From Alphaproteobacteria bacterium (GTDB taxonomy: Bacteria; Pseudomonadota; Alphaproteobacteria; MPNO01; UBA830), in NCBI GenBank assembly GCA_964291215.2, contig OZ219790.1:576001-640000 (forward strand): a stretch of DNA of 64,000 nucleotides, given 5' to 3'. Position 1 is the stretch's first letter. Every line of letters starts with the position of its first letter. A model generated the notes under the pieces. It was not told the DNA's origin, made no database searches, and worked only from the letters and a program-made list of their open reading frames with translations. This document shows positions 23,761 to 35,635 of this stretch, one piece after another. The translations under genes were made by a program, and so were the position numbers.

Positions 23761-24575
23761 TGGCGCCCGACATCCGCGATCTTTCAACCGGACATGATCG
23801 AATCTGTGTTCATGAGGCCGCACGTTGTGGCCCATGAGGATCGGCTTTCGACGCCGAGCGCGCTGTCGCGCGGGCTGAACCCGCTGCCACAGGCGTCGCA
23901 ATGATATCAGGCCCACTCCGGGGTCAGCGGCCCAAGGGCCGTCGTGCCGGCCTTATCCCGCGGCCCGGCACGGTGCGCGTCGGCGCGCAAGCGCAGGGCA
24001 GCCGCCGCTCCGCGCCGCCCGAGAGGTCGGCGTTCAGCCGGTCGATGTTGGCCGCGACCTCCGTCCCGATCGCCGCCGTGAAGACCCCCTTTTTTGGGCT
24101 CCGAAGCCCGCTTCTCCTGGCGCCTGGCCTCGGCTAGGGACTCACTGGCCGCCACAAAGGCCGATACCACGCCCCGGAAGCGCCGGTGCTCGTCCAGAAG
24201 ACCCCGGACCTCCTCGACCTCGTCCCGGCGCAACCGCGTCGACGAGATCTTGCCGTCGATCGATCTGGTCAGGATGGTTCCGGGATGGCGCGCCGCGTCA
24301 TCCTCGGCGCAGCGGCAGTTCGGCTTGCCGCAGCGGGTGAGGTTTTCCTGCAGAGACCCCGGACGCATGTCGCCGATCGTCTGGAATTCCTCCCTGGCCC
24401 GGTCGCGGGCCTCGATGAGCTTTTCGATGTCTACCATGTGAACCGTCCTCCTTCACGATCGTGGGACAGGGACCGCGCCCCGCTATCTAGTCTAAGTAGA
24501 TTATACCAGATAAGCGAACAAAACATCGCCACTTCGCCATTCTCAAAAAACCGAACAATATATTGTCGTGCACCC
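23761..24575 (-). mobile_element. ISKra4-family remnant: small Cys-rich ORF plus decayed transposase 5' part
   Basis: Terminal GGGTGCACGACAA (minus, ending 24575). ORF with [12 protein letters not shown] ending at an AAAAAAGGGG slippery tract, then TTALGPLT.E.A*YHCDACGSGFSPRD with an in-frame stop. Left boundary uncertain. Confidence 0.75.
23907..24437 (-). pseudogene. IS accessory ORF (DUF6788-like) running into a transposase fragment
   Basis: MRPGSL...CGKPNCRC...H motif; KKGG slippery site; premature TGA. Confidence 0.65.
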
Positions 24576-24707
24576 TCTCGGGCGGCACCGGTTGCCTTCC
24601 CGGAACGCTTCTGGCATCTTGCGCGCCATCTTGGCTGGCTCCTTCGGCGCAATCCACGCCCTTTTCCCTGCCGGAGCCCGAAGACCCTTCACACGAGGAA
24701 CTCGATC

Positions 24708-26816
24708 ATGGAAACAGGATACTGGATCGTCATTGCCTGCGGCATCCTCGCCGTGCTCTACGGCCTGTACGCAAGCCGCTCCGTGCTGGCGGCATCGGCC
24801 GGCAATGACAGGATGCAGGAAATCGCCGGCGCCGTTCAGGAAGGCGCGGCGGCCTATCTCAATCGGCAGTACATGACGATCGGCGCCGTCGGAATCGCCG
24901 TCGGGATCATTCTCGGCCTGCTGCTCGGAATATATTCCGCCATCGGCTTCTTCATCGGCGCGATACTCTCCGGTGCCGCCGGCTATATCGGAATGAATAT
25001 TTCGGTACGCGCCAACGTGCGGACCGCCGACGCGGCCCGGACTGGGGGCCTTGGCCCGGCGCTTGCCATCGCCTTCAAGTCAGGCGCAGTCACCGGGATG
25101 CTGGTGGTCGGGCTCGGACTCCTCGGCGTCAGCATCTACTACATCATTCTGCGCGGTGTCTTCGACCCCGCGTCAGCGAGCGGACTTTGGCACATTCTCG
25201 AAGGCCTCGTTGCTCTCGGCTTCGGGGCCTCGCTGATTTCGATCTTCGCTCGTCTCGGCGGCGGCATCTTCACCAAGGGTGCCGATGTCGGCGCCGATGT
25301 CGTCGGCAAGATCGAAGCCGGAATTCCCGAGGATGACCCGCGCAACGCGGCCGTCATCGCCGACAATGTCGGTGACAATGTCGGCGATTGTGCAGGCATG
25401 GCCGCGGATCTGTTCGAAACCTATGCCGTCACCGTGGTCGCGACGATGCTCGTCGGCGCTGTATTCTTCTCCGGCGAACTCCGCGAAACCATGCTTCTCC
25501 TGCCGTTGCTGATCGGCGCGGTCTGCATCGTGGGATCGGTCATCGGCACCTTTTTCGTCCGCCTGGGCGCCAGCAACAACATCATGGCAGCACTCTACAA
25601 GGGCTTCATCGCCTCTGCAGTCATCTCTGCGGTGCTGATCGCGCTGGTCATCTACTGGGTCTTCGGCAGCTACACCGCCGAGATTGCAATCGGCGACGAG
25701 ACGATACAGCCTCGTCACCTGCTCTATTGCGGACTGGTCGGGCTCGGCGTAACCGGCCTGATCGTGTGGATCACGGAATACTATACCGGCACCCAGTACC
25801 GTCCCGTCCGGAGCGTCGCCAAGGCCTCGGAAACTGGCCATGCCACCAATGTCATCCAGGGACTCGCGGTCTCGATGGAAGCGACCGCGCTCCCGGTCAT
25901 CGTCATCGCTGCCGGAATCCTGATTGCCTATTTTGCCGCCGGCCTTTACGGGCTCGCGATCGCAGCGACCACGATGCTCGCGCTCGCCGGCATGGTCGTC
26001 GCCCTCGACGCCTACGGGCCGGTGACTGACAACGCGGGCGGCATAGCAGAGATGGCGGAACTGCCGGAAGAGGTGCGCAACAATACCGACGCTCTCGATG
26101 CTGTCGGCAACACCACCAAGGCGGTTACCAAGGGCTACGCCATCGGCTCTGCGGGCCTCGCCGCTCTGGTGCTGTTCGCAGCCTATACCGAGGAAATCAA
26201 GATTCGCCTGCCCGAAATCGCCTCGACCGTCCAGTTCCAGCTCCAGGACCCCTATGTCGTGATCGGCCTCTTCATCGGCGGTCTCCTTCCCTACCTGTTC
26301 GGCTCGCTCAGCATGATGGCCGTCGGCCGCTCTGCCGCCGCCGTGGTGGTCGAGGTGCGCCGCCAGTTCCGGGAGATCACGGGAATCATGGAGGGTGAGG
26401 CGCGACCGGAATACGGCCGGGCCGTCGACCTGCTCACCAAGGCCGCGATCAAGGAAATGATCGTGCCTTCGCTGCTGCCGGTGCTTGCCCCGGTCGTCGT
26501 CTATATCGTGATCTATCTGATCGGCGGCGCGGCAGCCGCCCTGACCACGCTCGGCGCCCTGATGCTTGGCACCATCGTGACCGGCCTGTTCGTGGCACTG
26601 TCGATGACTTCGGGGGGGGGCGCCTGGGACAACGCCAAGAAATTCATCGAGGACGGCAACCACGGCGGCAAGGGTTCGGACGCCCATGCCGCCTCGGTGA
26701 CGGGCGACACCGTCGGCGATCCCTACAAGGATACTGCCGGGCCCGCCGTCAATCCGATGATCAAGATCATCAACATCGTGGCGCTGCTGCTGCTTGCGGT
26801 CGTGGGTTCCGCTTAG
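24708..26816 (+). CDS. hppA: Membrane proton-translocating pyrophosphatase, K+-independent type
   Basis: [29 protein letters not shown] (Lys marks K+-independent clade), [10 protein letters not shown]. Confidence 0.96.
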   Translation: METGYWIVIACGILAVLYGLYASRSVLAASAGNDRMQEIAGAVQEGAAAYLNRQYMTIGAVGIAVGIILGLLLGIYSAIGFFIGAILSGAAGYIGMNISVRANVRTADAARTGGLGPALAIAFKSGAVTGMLVVGLGLLGVSIYYIILRGVFDPASASGLWHILEGLVALGFGASLISIFARLGGGIFTKGADVGADVVGKIEAGIPEDDPRNAAVIADNVGDNVGDCAGMAADLFETYAVTVVATMLVGAVFFSGELRETMLLLPLLIGAVCIVGSVIGTFFVRLGASNNIMAALYKGFIASAVISAVLIALVIYWVFGSYTAEIAIGDETIQPRHLLYCGLVGLGVTGLIVWITEYYTGTQYRPVRSVAKASETGHATNVIQGLAVSMEATALPVIVIAAGILIAYFAAGLYGLAIAATTMLALAGMVVALDAYGPVTDNAGGIAEMAELPEEVRNNTDALDAVGNTTKAVTKGYAIGSAGLAALVLFAAYTEEIKIRLPEIASTVQFQLQDPYVVIGLFIGGLLPYLFGSLSMMAVGRSAAAVVVEVRRQFREITGIMEGEARPEYGRAVDLLTKAAIKEMIVPSLLPVLAPVVVYIVIYLIGGAAAALTTLGALMLGTIVTGLFVALSMTSGGGAWDNAKKFIEDGNHGGKGSDAHAASVTGDTVGDPYKDTAGPAVNPMIKIINIVALLLLAVVGSA

Positions 26817-26860
26817 GTGCCGGTTCGGAGCGCATCGGAAACCTTGGACGACGCGCGCGG

Positions 26861-27346
26861 TCAGCGCCCCTCGACGCCGCCGAATCGTCCAAGGTTGCCG
26901 ATAAGCTGCTGCAGAAGGCTGAAGCTCCGGCCACGGGTTTCGGTCTCACGAGCGATCACGGCAACATCGCGCCCGTCGTCCTTGTCGAGGTGGTCGATCT
27001 CGCTGACCACATCGTCATCGTTGAAGCGGATCACGAGCAGATCACGCTTCACGAGTTCAGGATCGAAGAACATGAACTTCTCGACGGTCGATCCGAGGTA
27101 GTACCACGAATTCCTGTCGAACGTGGCTACCGCAGCCGGCGTGCCGAGGCGATTCAAGACCTGGGCCCGGGTGGTCGATCCAACCTCGATCGATGCAACC
27201 TCCTTGGACTTCGGAACGTTACCGTGTTCGTTCAGATTGCCGGCACAGCCGGCACAGCCGATCAGGAGCACAGCGGCCAGCAAAGCAGCGGGGCGGAATC
27301 TCGTCTGCCGCGCACCGGCCGCATGCGGTTGACCAATTTCATCCAT
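26861..27346 (-). CDS. bamE: Outer membrane assembly lipoprotein BamE
   Basis: Lipobox-like CAGC, TTRAQVLNRLGTP, WYY; alphaproteobacterial synteny. Confidence 0.88.
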   Translation of the reverse strand: MDEIGQPHAAGARQTRFRPAALLAAVLLIGCAGCAGNLNEHGNVPKSKEVASIEVGSTTRAQVLNRLGTPAAVATFDRNSWYYLGSTVEKFMFFDPELVKRDLLVIRFNDDDVVSEIDHLDKDDGRDVAVIARETETRGRSFSLLQQLIGNLGRFGGVEGR

Positions 27347-27445
27347 GGACTTACCTCTGCTACCGTGCTGAGCCGCAACGGCCATTCTCGACATTAACTG
27401 GCCTGCTGCCCGCCTGCTGTCAATACCGTTCCGGATCCGCCGACC

Positions 27446-27985
27446 ATGCCGCTCCAGTCCGTGTTCAAGCGCAACCGACCCGTCGAACCGGCACGCAGGA
27501 TCTATGCCGTCATCGTGCGCCAGGCACGATGCGAACCCTTCTACCGCGATTTCGGCATTCCGGACACCGTCGACGGGCGGTTCGAGATGATCGTGCTGCA
27601 CGCGTTCCTGGTGCTGCGGCGCCTGAAAACCGACGGCGGCGCAACCGATTCGCTCGGACAGGAACTATTCGACGTAATGTTCGACGACATGGACGTCAAT
27701 CTTCGGGAAATGGGCGCCGGCGACATGGGCGTCGGAAAGCGGGTGCGGAAGATGGTACAGGCATTCTATGGCCGTCTTGCAGCCTATGACGATGCTCTCG
27801 ATCGGGAAGACGACGGCCTTGCGGAAGCGCTGGTGCGCAACCTCTACGGCACCGTCGCGACGCCACCCGACGACGGTGTCGAGATGCTGGCCGAATATGT
27901 CCGCCGCCAGGCACAACATATCGAAGCCGTCGAAACGGAACTGGTGCGAAGCGGCGACTTTGCATTCGCGGAAGTACTGCCATGA
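27446..27985 (+). CDS. Ubiquinol-cytochrome c chaperone (Cbp3-like)
   Basis: PDTVDGRFEMIVLH, LREMGAGDMGVGK, AFYGR. Confidence 0.9.
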   Translation: MPLQSVFKRNRPVEPARRIYAVIVRQARCEPFYRDFGIPDTVDGRFEMIVLHAFLVLRRLKTDGGATDSLGQELFDVMFDDMDVNLREMGAGDMGVGKRVRKMVQAFYGRLAAYDDALDREDDGLAEALVRNLYGTVATPPDDGVEMLAEYVRRQAQHIEAVETELVRSGDFAFAEVLP

Positions 27986-28530
27986 CGTCCACGCCACAGC
28001 CCGAATTCTCCCACGTGGTCGATCTGGCAGAACTGCCGCGCGACGGCGGAACGTGGGAGCTGTCGGCGACCCACGGGGAGCGGGCCGCGATAGCCGAACG
28101 CCTCGGCCTGCTTGCGCTCGACCGGCTTGACGCACACATCCGGCTTTCGTGGATCATTCATCCCCGTACCCTCCATGCAACCGGTCAGTTTCGTGCCCGG
28201 ATCCTGCAGTCCTGCGTGGTCACGCTAGAACCGGTGTCGGCCGATCTCGAAACAGCTTTCGACATCCTGTTCACGCGTGACGCCAAGCCCGCGGAACCGG
28301 GCTGGGACGCGGCCGAACCGCTGGCTACCGATCTGCTCGACATCGGCAATCTGGTGGCAGAAGAACTCTCCCTGAATCTGGATCCCTATCCACGGTCGTC
28401 CGACATCGACCCGGCCTCGCTTGGGCTCGGACCGGGCATAACCCTGTCCACGGACGAGGGCCACGACATGTCGGAGCCTGTGCGCAACAATCCGTTTGGA
28501 GCGCTGGATAAAATGAAGGGAAAAAGCTAA
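27982..28530 (+). CDS. yceD: DUF177/YceD family protein
   Basis: [28 protein letters not shown]; upstream of rpmF. Confidence 0.88.
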   Translation: MTSTPQPEFSHVVDLAELPRDGGTWELSATHGERAAIAERLGLLALDRLDAHIRLSWIIHPRTLHATGQFRARILQSCVVTLEPVSADLETAFDILFTRDAKPAEPGWDAAEPLATDLLDIGNLVAEELSLNLDPYPRSSDIDPASLGLGPGITLSTDEGHDMSEPVRNNPFGALDKMKGKS

Positions 28531-28615
28531 AATAGCCTGCAGGCGATTATCCCGAACCGTGATTTCGCCTACCAATCCCCCGTCACGACACCCAGACCGT
28601 CGAGATCACACAGCC

Positions 28616-28798
28616 ATGGCCGTACCCAAGAAAAAAGTCTCAAAATCCAGACGAAACATGCGACGGGCGCATGACGCGCTGAAGCCAAGCGCATACGTCG
28701 AGTGCCCCGAGTGCGGCGAAATCAAGCGCCCGCACCATATCTGCCCATCCTGCGGCTTCTACGACAAACGGGAAGTGATTGCCAATGCCGGCGACTGA
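28616..28798 (+). CDS. rpmF: 50S ribosomal protein L32
   Basis: [19 protein letters not shown]...CPECG...CPSCG. Confidence 0.98.
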   Translation: MAVPKKKVSKSRRNMRRAHDALKPSAYVECPECGEIKRPHHICPSCGFYDKREVIANAGD

Positions 28799-28821
28799 GC
28801 CGGCAGCCAGGAGCTGAGCCC

Positions 28822-29880
28822 GTGGCTTCCCGCGACCTGACCATTGCCGTAGACGCGATGGGCGGCGACGACGCGCCGCGGATGGTCGTTCGTGGCGCCG
28901 ACATGGCGCGCCGCCGATTCCCGGACATGCGGTTCCTGATGTTTGGCGACGAGAACCGTATCCGACCCCTTCTCAAGCGGCGGCGAAAACTGACCGACAT
29001 AACCGACATCACCCACACCGGAGATATCATCGAGGGCGGGATGTCGGTTTCCGAGGCACTACGCAAGGGCCGCGGCTCCAGCATGCAGTTGGCCATCAAC
29101 GCGGTACGCGAAGGACGCGCAGCCGGAGTCGTCTCGGCCGGCAATACCGGCGCCCTCATGGCCATGGCGAAGCTGACCCTGCGCACATTGCCGGGCATTG
29201 ACCGGCCGGCGATCGCCGGTATCTTTCCGACCATGCGCGGTGAAACGGTCATGCTCGACCTCGGCGCCAATCTCGAGTGCCAGACCAGGAACCTCGTACA
29301 GTTCTGCATCATGGGCGACATCTTTGCCCGCACGGTGCTCGGCAACGTCAGCCCGTCCTGCGGGCTTCTGAATGTCGGTTCCGAGGAGATGAAGGGTCAT
29401 GCGGAGATCCGGGAAGCTGCGTCCCACCTCAGAGAACTGTCCGGCTCGCTCAATTTCTACGGCTTCATCGAAGGCAATGACATCGCGGCCGGCACCACAG
29501 ACGTCGTCATTTCGGACGGTTTTTCCGGCAACATCGCCCTCAAGGCCATCGAAGGCACCTCACATCTCGTCACGCGCTTTCTCGGCGAAGCATTCCGGAG
29601 TTCGATCATGTCGCGGCTCGGCTACGTTCTCCTCCGCCGCGGCCTGAAAAAAATGCGCGCGCGCATCGATCCGCGCCGCTACAACGGCGCCATATTCCTC
29701 GGCCTCACCGGGATCGCCGTGAAGAGCCATGGCGGTACTGATGCATTCGGCTTCTCCAACGCAATCGGCGTCGCCGCCGATATGGCGGCGCAGGACGTCA
29801 ATGGGAAGATCACCGACGGCCTCAAGTCGTTCGGACACTACCAACCGGGCCCCGTGGCCGCGGAAGCTGTCGCCTCCTGA
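28822..29880 (+). CDS. plsX: Phosphate acyltransferase PlsX
   Basis: [36 protein letters not shown]; GTG start inferred. Confidence 0.97.
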   Translation: MASRDLTIAVDAMGGDDAPRMVVRGADMARRRFPDMRFLMFGDENRIRPLLKRRRKLTDITDITHTGDIIEGGMSVSEALRKGRGSSMQLAINAVREGRAAGVVSAGNTGALMAMAKLTLRTLPGIDRPAIAGIFPTMRGETVMLDLGANLECQTRNLVQFCIMGDIFARTVLGNVSPSCGLLNVGSEEMKGHAEIREAASHLRELSGSLNFYGFIEGNDIAAGTTDVVISDGFSGNIALKAIEGTSHLVTRFLGEAFRSSIMSRLGYVLLRRGLKKMRARIDPRRYNGAIFLGLTGIAVKSHGGTDAFGFSNAIGVAADMAAQDVNGKITDGLKSFGHYQPGPVAAEAVAS

Positions 29881-30854
29881 TGACGCGTCGCTCGGTCATC
29901 GCCGGCTGCGGCGCCTACCTGCCAGCCCGGATCGTCACGAATCACGAGCTGGCGCAACGCGTCGACACATCGCACGAATGGATCGTGCAGCGAACCGGCA
30001 TCCATCAACGCCACGTAGCCGACGACGGAGAGAAGACCTCGGATCTCGCGGTTGCCGCGGCGCACGACGCCATCGAGTCATCCGGCTTGTCGGCAGCGGA
30101 CATCGATCTGGTAATCCTCGCGACAGCGACGCCCGACCATACTTTCCCCTCGACCGCGACCATGGTTCAGGCATCACTAGGCATAACGCGGGGCGCAGCT
30201 TTTGACGTGCATGCGGTGTGTTCGGGCTTCATCTATGCCCTGAATGTTGCCGACAATTTCGTGCGCCTTGGCCAGGCCGACAATGTCCTTGTCATCGGCG
30301 CCGAGACCTTTTCCCGCATTCTCGACTGGGAGGACCGTTCGACCTGCGTCCTGTTCGGAGACGGGGCCGGGGCGCTCGTGCTGAGCGCCGCTACGGGTGC
30401 CGGAAACAGCGCGGATCGCGGCGTTCTGGCAACCTGCCTGCATTCCGACGGCCGCCATCATGACCTGCTGTTCGTCGACGGCGGCCCATCTTCGAGCCGC
30501 ACCGTTGGCCATGTGCGCATGGAAGGACGCGAAGTCTTCAAGCATGCGGTCAAGAATCTCTCCAGTGTCATCGGTGAGGTACTCGAGGCGGCACAGCTCG
30601 ACAGAAGCGAGGTGGACTGGCTGGTTCCGCACCAGGCCAATCGCCGCATAATTGCAACCACCGCCAAGAAGCTGGAACTGCCGGATGACAAGATCGTCAT
30701 GACCATAGACAGGCACGGCAACACCTCGGCAGCGTCCGTACCCCTGGCGCTGAATGACGCCGTGCGCGACGGCCGGATTACCACCGGCAATGTCGTTGTT
30801 CTCGAGGCCATGGGCGGCGGTCTGACCTGGGGCGCCAGCGCCATCCGCTGGTAG
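29880..30854 (+). CDS. fabH: 3-oxoacyl-ACP synthase III
   Basis: [26 protein letters not shown]. Confidence 0.97.
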   Translation: MTRRSVIAGCGAYLPARIVTNHELAQRVDTSHEWIVQRTGIHQRHVADDGEKTSDLAVAAAHDAIESSGLSAADIDLVILATATPDHTFPSTATMVQASLGITRGAAFDVHAVCSGFIYALNVADNFVRLGQADNVLVIGAETFSRILDWEDRSTCVLFGDGAGALVLSAATGAGNSADRGVLATCLHSDGRHHDLLFVDGGPSSSRTVGHVRMEGREVFKHAVKNLSSVIGEVLEAAQLDRSEVDWLVPHQANRRIIATTAKKLELPDDKIVMTIDRHGNTSAASVPLALNDAVRDGRITTGNVVVLEAMGGGLTWGASAIRW

Positions 30855-31015
30855 CGCAGAGACAATGCCGGCTATCGCCTTTTCGCTGAAGCCACCCTGC
30901 CACGCGGATACAATTCACCGCCGGGCACCGGCGTTCCTTGCCACATGTGCGCGGCAACCGGTTTGACCGTTTTTCGGATCGCCGATAGGATTCAAAAAAA
31001 GCTGGGAGATAGTAG

Positions 31016-31372
31016 ATGGCGCGACCTAACGTCACACGAGCATTCCTCACCGCGAGGGTTCACCAGAAGTTGGGGCTGTCGCGAAGGGCGTCGGCCCAGC
31101 TGGTCAATGATGTGCTCCAAGAGGTTGCGCAGACGCTCGTCGACGGTGGCAGCGTGAAGATTTCCAAGTTCGGAAGCTTCACGCTGCACCAGAAGCGCGA
31201 GCGCATCGGCCGCAATCCCAAGACGGGAGTGGATGCACGGATCAGCGCCCGCAAGGTTCTCGTGTTCCGGGCCTCGAGGACATTCAAGCACGAGGTCGAG
31301 CGTCAGCTCGCTAAATGGAATGACGATGGATCGGGCCGGGACCCGGAGCCCGGTATGCGGGATCCCGTCTAG
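31016..31372 (+). CDS. ihfA: Integration host factor subunit alpha
   Basis: VKISKFGSF, RIGRNPKTG; follows fabH. Confidence 0.93.
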   Translation: MARPNVTRAFLTARVHQKLGLSRRASAQLVNDVLQEVAQTLVDGGSVKISKFGSFTLHQKRERIGRNPKTGVDARISARKVLVFRASRTFKHEVERQLAKWNDDGSGRDPEPGMRDPV

Positions 31373-31387
31373 CCGGATTTCGGAAAC

Positions 31388-31867
31388 ATGACCGACGACG
31401 CTTTGCAGCAGGACGACACCAGGTCGCACGGGAAGTCGGCGACGGCGTTCCGGACCATCGGCGAGGCCGCAACGGAACTTGGCGTGCCGCAACACGTGCT
31501 GCGTTTCTGGGAGACCAGGTTCTCACAGATCAGACCGCTGAAACGGATCGGCGGCCGGAGGTACTATCGCCCCGCCGATCTGCAGTTGCTGCGCGGCATC
31601 CGGGAACTGCTGTACACCGACGGCTATACGATTAAAGGCGTGCAAAAGCTCCTGCGCACCGCCGGCACGAAGGCGGTCGTGCTCGACAGGGGATCGGCTG
31701 GCGGCCAACCGGCGACGCTCACGGCCGATGCCGGACCGGACGGCTCGGCCTCCGGACCAACACCGGCCGGACAGCTGTCCGAAGAGACGCAGCAGGCCCT
31801 TCGGTCCATCCGTTCGGAACTTGAGGATCTCCGCGATCTGATCGCGAATCCGCATCGCGGGTCTTGA
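31388..31867 (+). CDS. MerR family transcriptional regulator
   Basis: FRTIGE...HVLRFWE...GGRRYY...GYTIKG; conserved ihfA-merR-tRNA-Pro order. Confidence 0.93.
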   Translation: MTDDALQQDDTRSHGKSATAFRTIGEAATELGVPQHVLRFWETRFSQIRPLKRIGGRRYYRPADLQLLRGIRELLYTDGYTIKGVQKLLRTAGTKAVVLDRGSAGGQPATLTADAGPDGSASGPTPAGQLSEETQQALRSIRSELEDLRDLIANPHRGS

Positions 31868-31911
31868 ACAACGCCACTGTCGCGTCTATTCTCGCCATGA
31901 GTCGCATAGGT

Positions 31912-31988
<77 letters not shown>

Positions 31989-32032
31989 TTCGCGGAGTGA
32001 GGCGGGCATCTCCGCCACGCGCCGGCTCCGGA

Positions 32033-32758
32033 TCAGTTCGGTTTCAGCGTTTCGAGAAGCTGGCCGAAATCCGGGACCTGCGCATCAGGCGCAACTTCGC
32101 GAAACGCCGCAAAGAAATCGGCTGGATCGCTCGCCACGACAGGCCTCCCGCTCTGCTCTTCGATCGCGCATACTGCGTCTGCAGCTGGCCATTGCGGACA
32201 CGGCATATACAGCCCGTCGGCGTCGCCGGCCCGTTCCAGCACGCGCAAACCGAATTCCGCGATCGCCCGGGGCTCGGTGTCCTGCAACTCCCGGAACGGC
32301 ACGTCCATGGTCTCGCATGCTGCCACCGAGAATCCCCCACCCTCAAGATAACGTGAGACATTATCGTTGATTTCGCGGGGATAGGGAGAGGCAACGGCGA
32401 CGCGCTCGATGCCGAGATGTTCCATCGCCGCCACCGCCGACGAAATCGATGTCGTTGCCCGGACGCCGGTACCTTCCTCGATCAGCCCGATGATCTCGGC
32501 GCCGTAGCCCGGCCCGCGGCTCACCGCAAGCGGGGTTCCGAAGTGGATAATGAAGTCCACCGCCCGGGCGGCAAGGTAGTCGGCCGCCTGCGAAAGCGAG
32601 GCCAACGCGCGATCGAAATGCTCCGTGTCCCAAAAATCGATGTTGGAAGTTATGCCGACAAATCCGATATCGGCTGGTGCCATCCGATAGTAGTCGTAGG
32701 TCACGACCTCCATGACCGTCGGGCTGATGCCGCCGATGCGCTTGCGCCACAGGGACAT
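32033..32758 (-). CDS. Asp/Glu racemase superfamily protein (maleate isomerase / arylmalonate decarboxylase-like)
   Basis: HFGTPL, RVAVASPY, DGLYMPC, GRPVVAS. Confidence 0.85.
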   Translation of the reverse strand: MSLWRKRIGGISPTVMEVVTYDYYRMAPADIGFVGITSNIDFWDTEHFDRALASLSQAADYLAARAVDFIIHFGTPLAVSRGPGYGAEIIGLIEEGTGVRATTSISSAVAAMEHLGIERVAVASPYPREINDNVSRYLEGGGFSVAACETMDVPFRELQDTEPRAIAEFGLRVLERAGDADGLYMPCPQWPAADAVCAIEEQSGRPVVASDPADFFAAFREVAPDAQVPDFGQLLETLKPN

Positions 32759-32798
32759 GATGCTCTCCTCGCGCTCTCGGCACCGGCCGCTATCGGGG

Positions 32799-34133
32799 TC
32801 AGTGCGCGGGCTCCGCAACCCGCTCGCGCGTGTACACGTCGTTCCACTGCCGGAATGAATGTTCCCAGCTGTAGGGCATGAAATCGGCTGTCGGCGCAAG
32901 ATCGACCGGTTCCCCACCAAGATAGACATGGGTAATGTTGTCCGATCGCAGGAGGCTCGATATGTCCTCCATCGGATCCTCGGCAACCACGGTCAGGTCC
33001 GCAAAGGCGCCAGGAACGACACGGCCAACGGCGTTGCCTTCCCTGAGCAGACCGGAATTCACGCTGGTGGTCGCCCGTAGCGCCTCAGCTTCGGTGAAGC
33101 CGAGATATTGGACCATGATCTCAAGCTCGCGGGCGTGCCACTCGCCGTACGGCGTCACCGCGAATCCGCTGTCGGTACCCACCATGAAGGGAACACCGGC
33201 CTTGCGCGCCTTGACCAGCATCTCGCTCGCGACTTCGACATCCTTGCGGTTCATGTTCGGACGCCAACGGTGGCAGGGATCGCTCGGACGGGTGAACTCC
33301 ACGGTGTTGACGAGAAAGGTCAATGCCGGAGACAGAACGCAACCGTTGCGGACGACTTCCTCAAGCCCCTCATCATCCATCTCGAATGCATGGAAGATGA
33401 CATCAACGCCAGCCCGCGCGGAATAAAGCACCGCCTCGCGACCACGCGAATGGGTGATCGTCTTGACGCCGAGCCGATGGCACTCCTCAACCATCGCGCT
33501 CAATTCCGTCTGCGAGAAGCAGGATATCAATTCGCCATCGCCGTTGCGCTGCAATCCGTCGACGGTAAACTTTATGAAATCCATGCGGTCCTTGACCTGG
33601 GTGCGGATCTCCTCGATCGCCTCGTCAAGGTTTCGGACAAGGACGCCCACCGAACTTTCGGGGACGCCGATCCAGACCGGGTACCAGTCGCCGAGGCCCT
33701 GGCGCCCGGTCACCTGCCTTCCGGCACAAGTAATGCGGGGCCCGGTGAACATCCCGCAATTGATCGCATCGCGGACGGACGCCGCAACTCGGTTGGTCGA
33801 CGCCGGGTCGGCGAGCGAGGTGTATCCGGCCCTGAGAACCGTTCCGGCCGCATGCATGGCGCGCAGCGCGCGAAATTCCGGCGGAGCGAACATGTCGACA
33901 TCTTCATTCGCCTGTGCGTTGCCATAGCTCAGGTGAACATGAATATCGATCAGTCCCGGCAATACCCACGCTCCGCCATGGTCCAACACCTCGTCACCGT
34001 CGGCTACCGCAGGCGCTTCCGATGTCGGACCGACAAAAGCGATGACGTCGTCTTCGACGACAACCGTCTGATCGGGTTTCATCCTGTCACCCAACCCGTC
34101 AAACAGATTCCCGCATCTGAAATACTTGCGCAT
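32799..34133 (-). CDS. Metal-dependent amidohydrolase
   Basis: PGLIDIHVH, HSRG, HA, GTDSG, GAFADL. Confidence 0.92.
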   Translation of the reverse strand: MRKYFRCGNLFDGLGDRMKPDQTVVVEDDVIAFVGPTSEAPAVADGDEVLDHGGAWVLPGLIDIHVHLSYGNAQANEDVDMFAPPEFRALRAMHAAGTVLRAGYTSLADPASTNRVAASVRDAINCGMFTGPRITCAGRQVTGRQGLGDWYPVWIGVPESSVGVLVRNLDEAIEEIRTQVKDRMDFIKFTVDGLQRNGDGELISCFSQTELSAMVEECHRLGVKTITHSRGREAVLYSARAGVDVIFHAFEMDDEGLEEVVRNGCVLSPALTFLVNTVEFTRPSDPCHRWRPNMNRKDVEVASEMLVKARKAGVPFMVGTDSGFAVTPYGEWHARELEIMVQYLGFTEAEALRATTSVNSGLLREGNAVGRVVPGAFADLTVVAEDPMEDISSLLRSDNITHVYLGGEPVDLAPTADFMPYSWEHSFRQWNDVYTRERVAEPAH

Positions 34134-34723
34134 GGCGTCTGTCCCTCCGGTTCATCTGTCGCGGATGGTTGCACCAGGACCGAGCCAGCGCCCGTAACAG
34201 CGCTCCCGGCGGCCTGTAGCTCCTTCACAGCAGCCTATCACACCATGGCCGGGCTCGGGAGTCGAACAAAGACATGATCCGGTGGCCGCGCGAGCGCGGC
34301 CGACGAGCTGCATCGTGCCGATCGCCGAGATCCGACCCGGGCTTGAAGGCAGATCCGCGCGACAGCTCCGGTCAGGATTAGGAGGCCTCCCTTCAGGCTC
34401 CGGTTTTCGGGGTCCTTTGCCCGTCCTGCCAGCACCCGACCGCAGTCCGAAAGGGTTGGGCTTCCGATTCCGACATCGCCACGGCAAAAAACACTGTCGG
34501 ACACGAATTAGTTTCGTTTATAAGAAAAATCAAATAACATATTGTTTTTATATTTTAAAATAAAATATTCTTGGCGGAAAAACGCACTGGTCAGATGCCG
34601 TCGCAAGACTTCCCGCACTGCACCATCCGGAGAAGTCGACCATTCGTCCGACAACATCGCAACATCCGATACATGCCGCGCTTCCGAGACCATCCAGTTT
34701 GTTTTCGGAAGGCTGTGGCGCGG

Positions 34724-35578
34724 TCAACTTCGTGCAGGTTCGTCGACCAGCCTGTCCTCTCGACTCCGGCGAAAGAACTCCGCCCTCATGCGGTCGAGGG
34801 TGGCCAGCGCCCCGACATCAACCTCGTCGCTGACGGGCGCTGGCTCATGTTCCCAGTACCCGAAACGGTCAACGCCACGAACCAGCGACGCTGTGGGCCG
34901 GCTCGCCCCTTCGTTGTATCCGATTCGCCGGACATCGGGGGAGATATAGTGCATCGAGAGGCCTATCCGGCGGTGATCCGAATTGTTGGGATCGGATCCA
35001 TGGACGATGCCTTCGTGATGCAAGGAAAATTCACCGGCGTCGAGAATCATCGGAACTGCACGGTCAAGCTTCAGACCCTTGATGGTCTGCCCGCGTACAA
35101 GGAGATTGTTCTCGTCAGGCTCGTTGACGAATTCGTAGGTCTCTCCGCTGCGATGGGTCCCCGGAAGAACCCGGACGCATCCCGATTCCAACGTACTGGG
35201 CGTAAACGCAAGCCAGGCGGTGCAGGTTTCGGACGGCTCGAGGCCGTAATAGAACTTGTCCTGATGCCATGACACGAAACGGGGATCGCGGGCATTCTTC
35301 TGGAAAAACGCCGTCCCCCAACACAGGATGTCAGGGCCAATGACATCCTCGACCGCATCGAGGATGCGCGGCTGGCGCATGATATCGTTCAGCCACCTGA
35401 AGGGCAGGTGCGCCTTGAACGCCAGTCTCTGCTGGGCTTCACAGCCATATTCGGCTTCGAACGCTTCGACCTTCGCGGTCGCGGCAGATGCTTCATCGGG
35501 TGTCAGCGCGCGTACAGGAAACACAAAACCCCTGGAGTGGTAGTCTTCGACCTGCCGGTTACTGAGAATACGCGGCAT
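34724..35578 (-). CDS. Phytanoyl-CoA dioxygenase family Fe(II)/2OG oxygenase
   Basis: WHQD, GCVRVLPGTH, HGSDPN...RRIG. Confidence 0.92.
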   Translation of the reverse strand: MPRILSNRQVEDYHSRGFVFPVRALTPDEASAATAKVEAFEAEYGCEAQQRLAFKAHLPFRWLNDIMRQPRILDAVEDVIGPDILCWGTAFFQKNARDPRFVSWHQDKFYYGLEPSETCTAWLAFTPSTLESGCVRVLPGTHRSGETYEFVNEPDENNLLVRGQTIKGLKLDRAVPMILDAGEFSLHHEGIVHGSDPNNSDHRRIGLSMHYISPDVRRIGYNEGASRPTASLVRGVDRFGYWEHEPAPVSDEVDVGALATLDRMRAEFFRRSREDRLVDEPARS

Positions 35579-35635
35579 TACTTGTCCTCTCGCCCGCTGG
35601 AAAACACCTCCCGGCCGCGATCCCTACTTGCCCGC

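Noticed and set aside
25173-26687. 504-aa minus-strand ORF
   Set aside because: Antisense shadow of hppA.
34380-34430. GGGCAAA...GAAA on the minus strand resembling a c-di-GMP-I riboswitch
   Set aside because: The stem around GAAA does not pair and the downstream consensus is missing.
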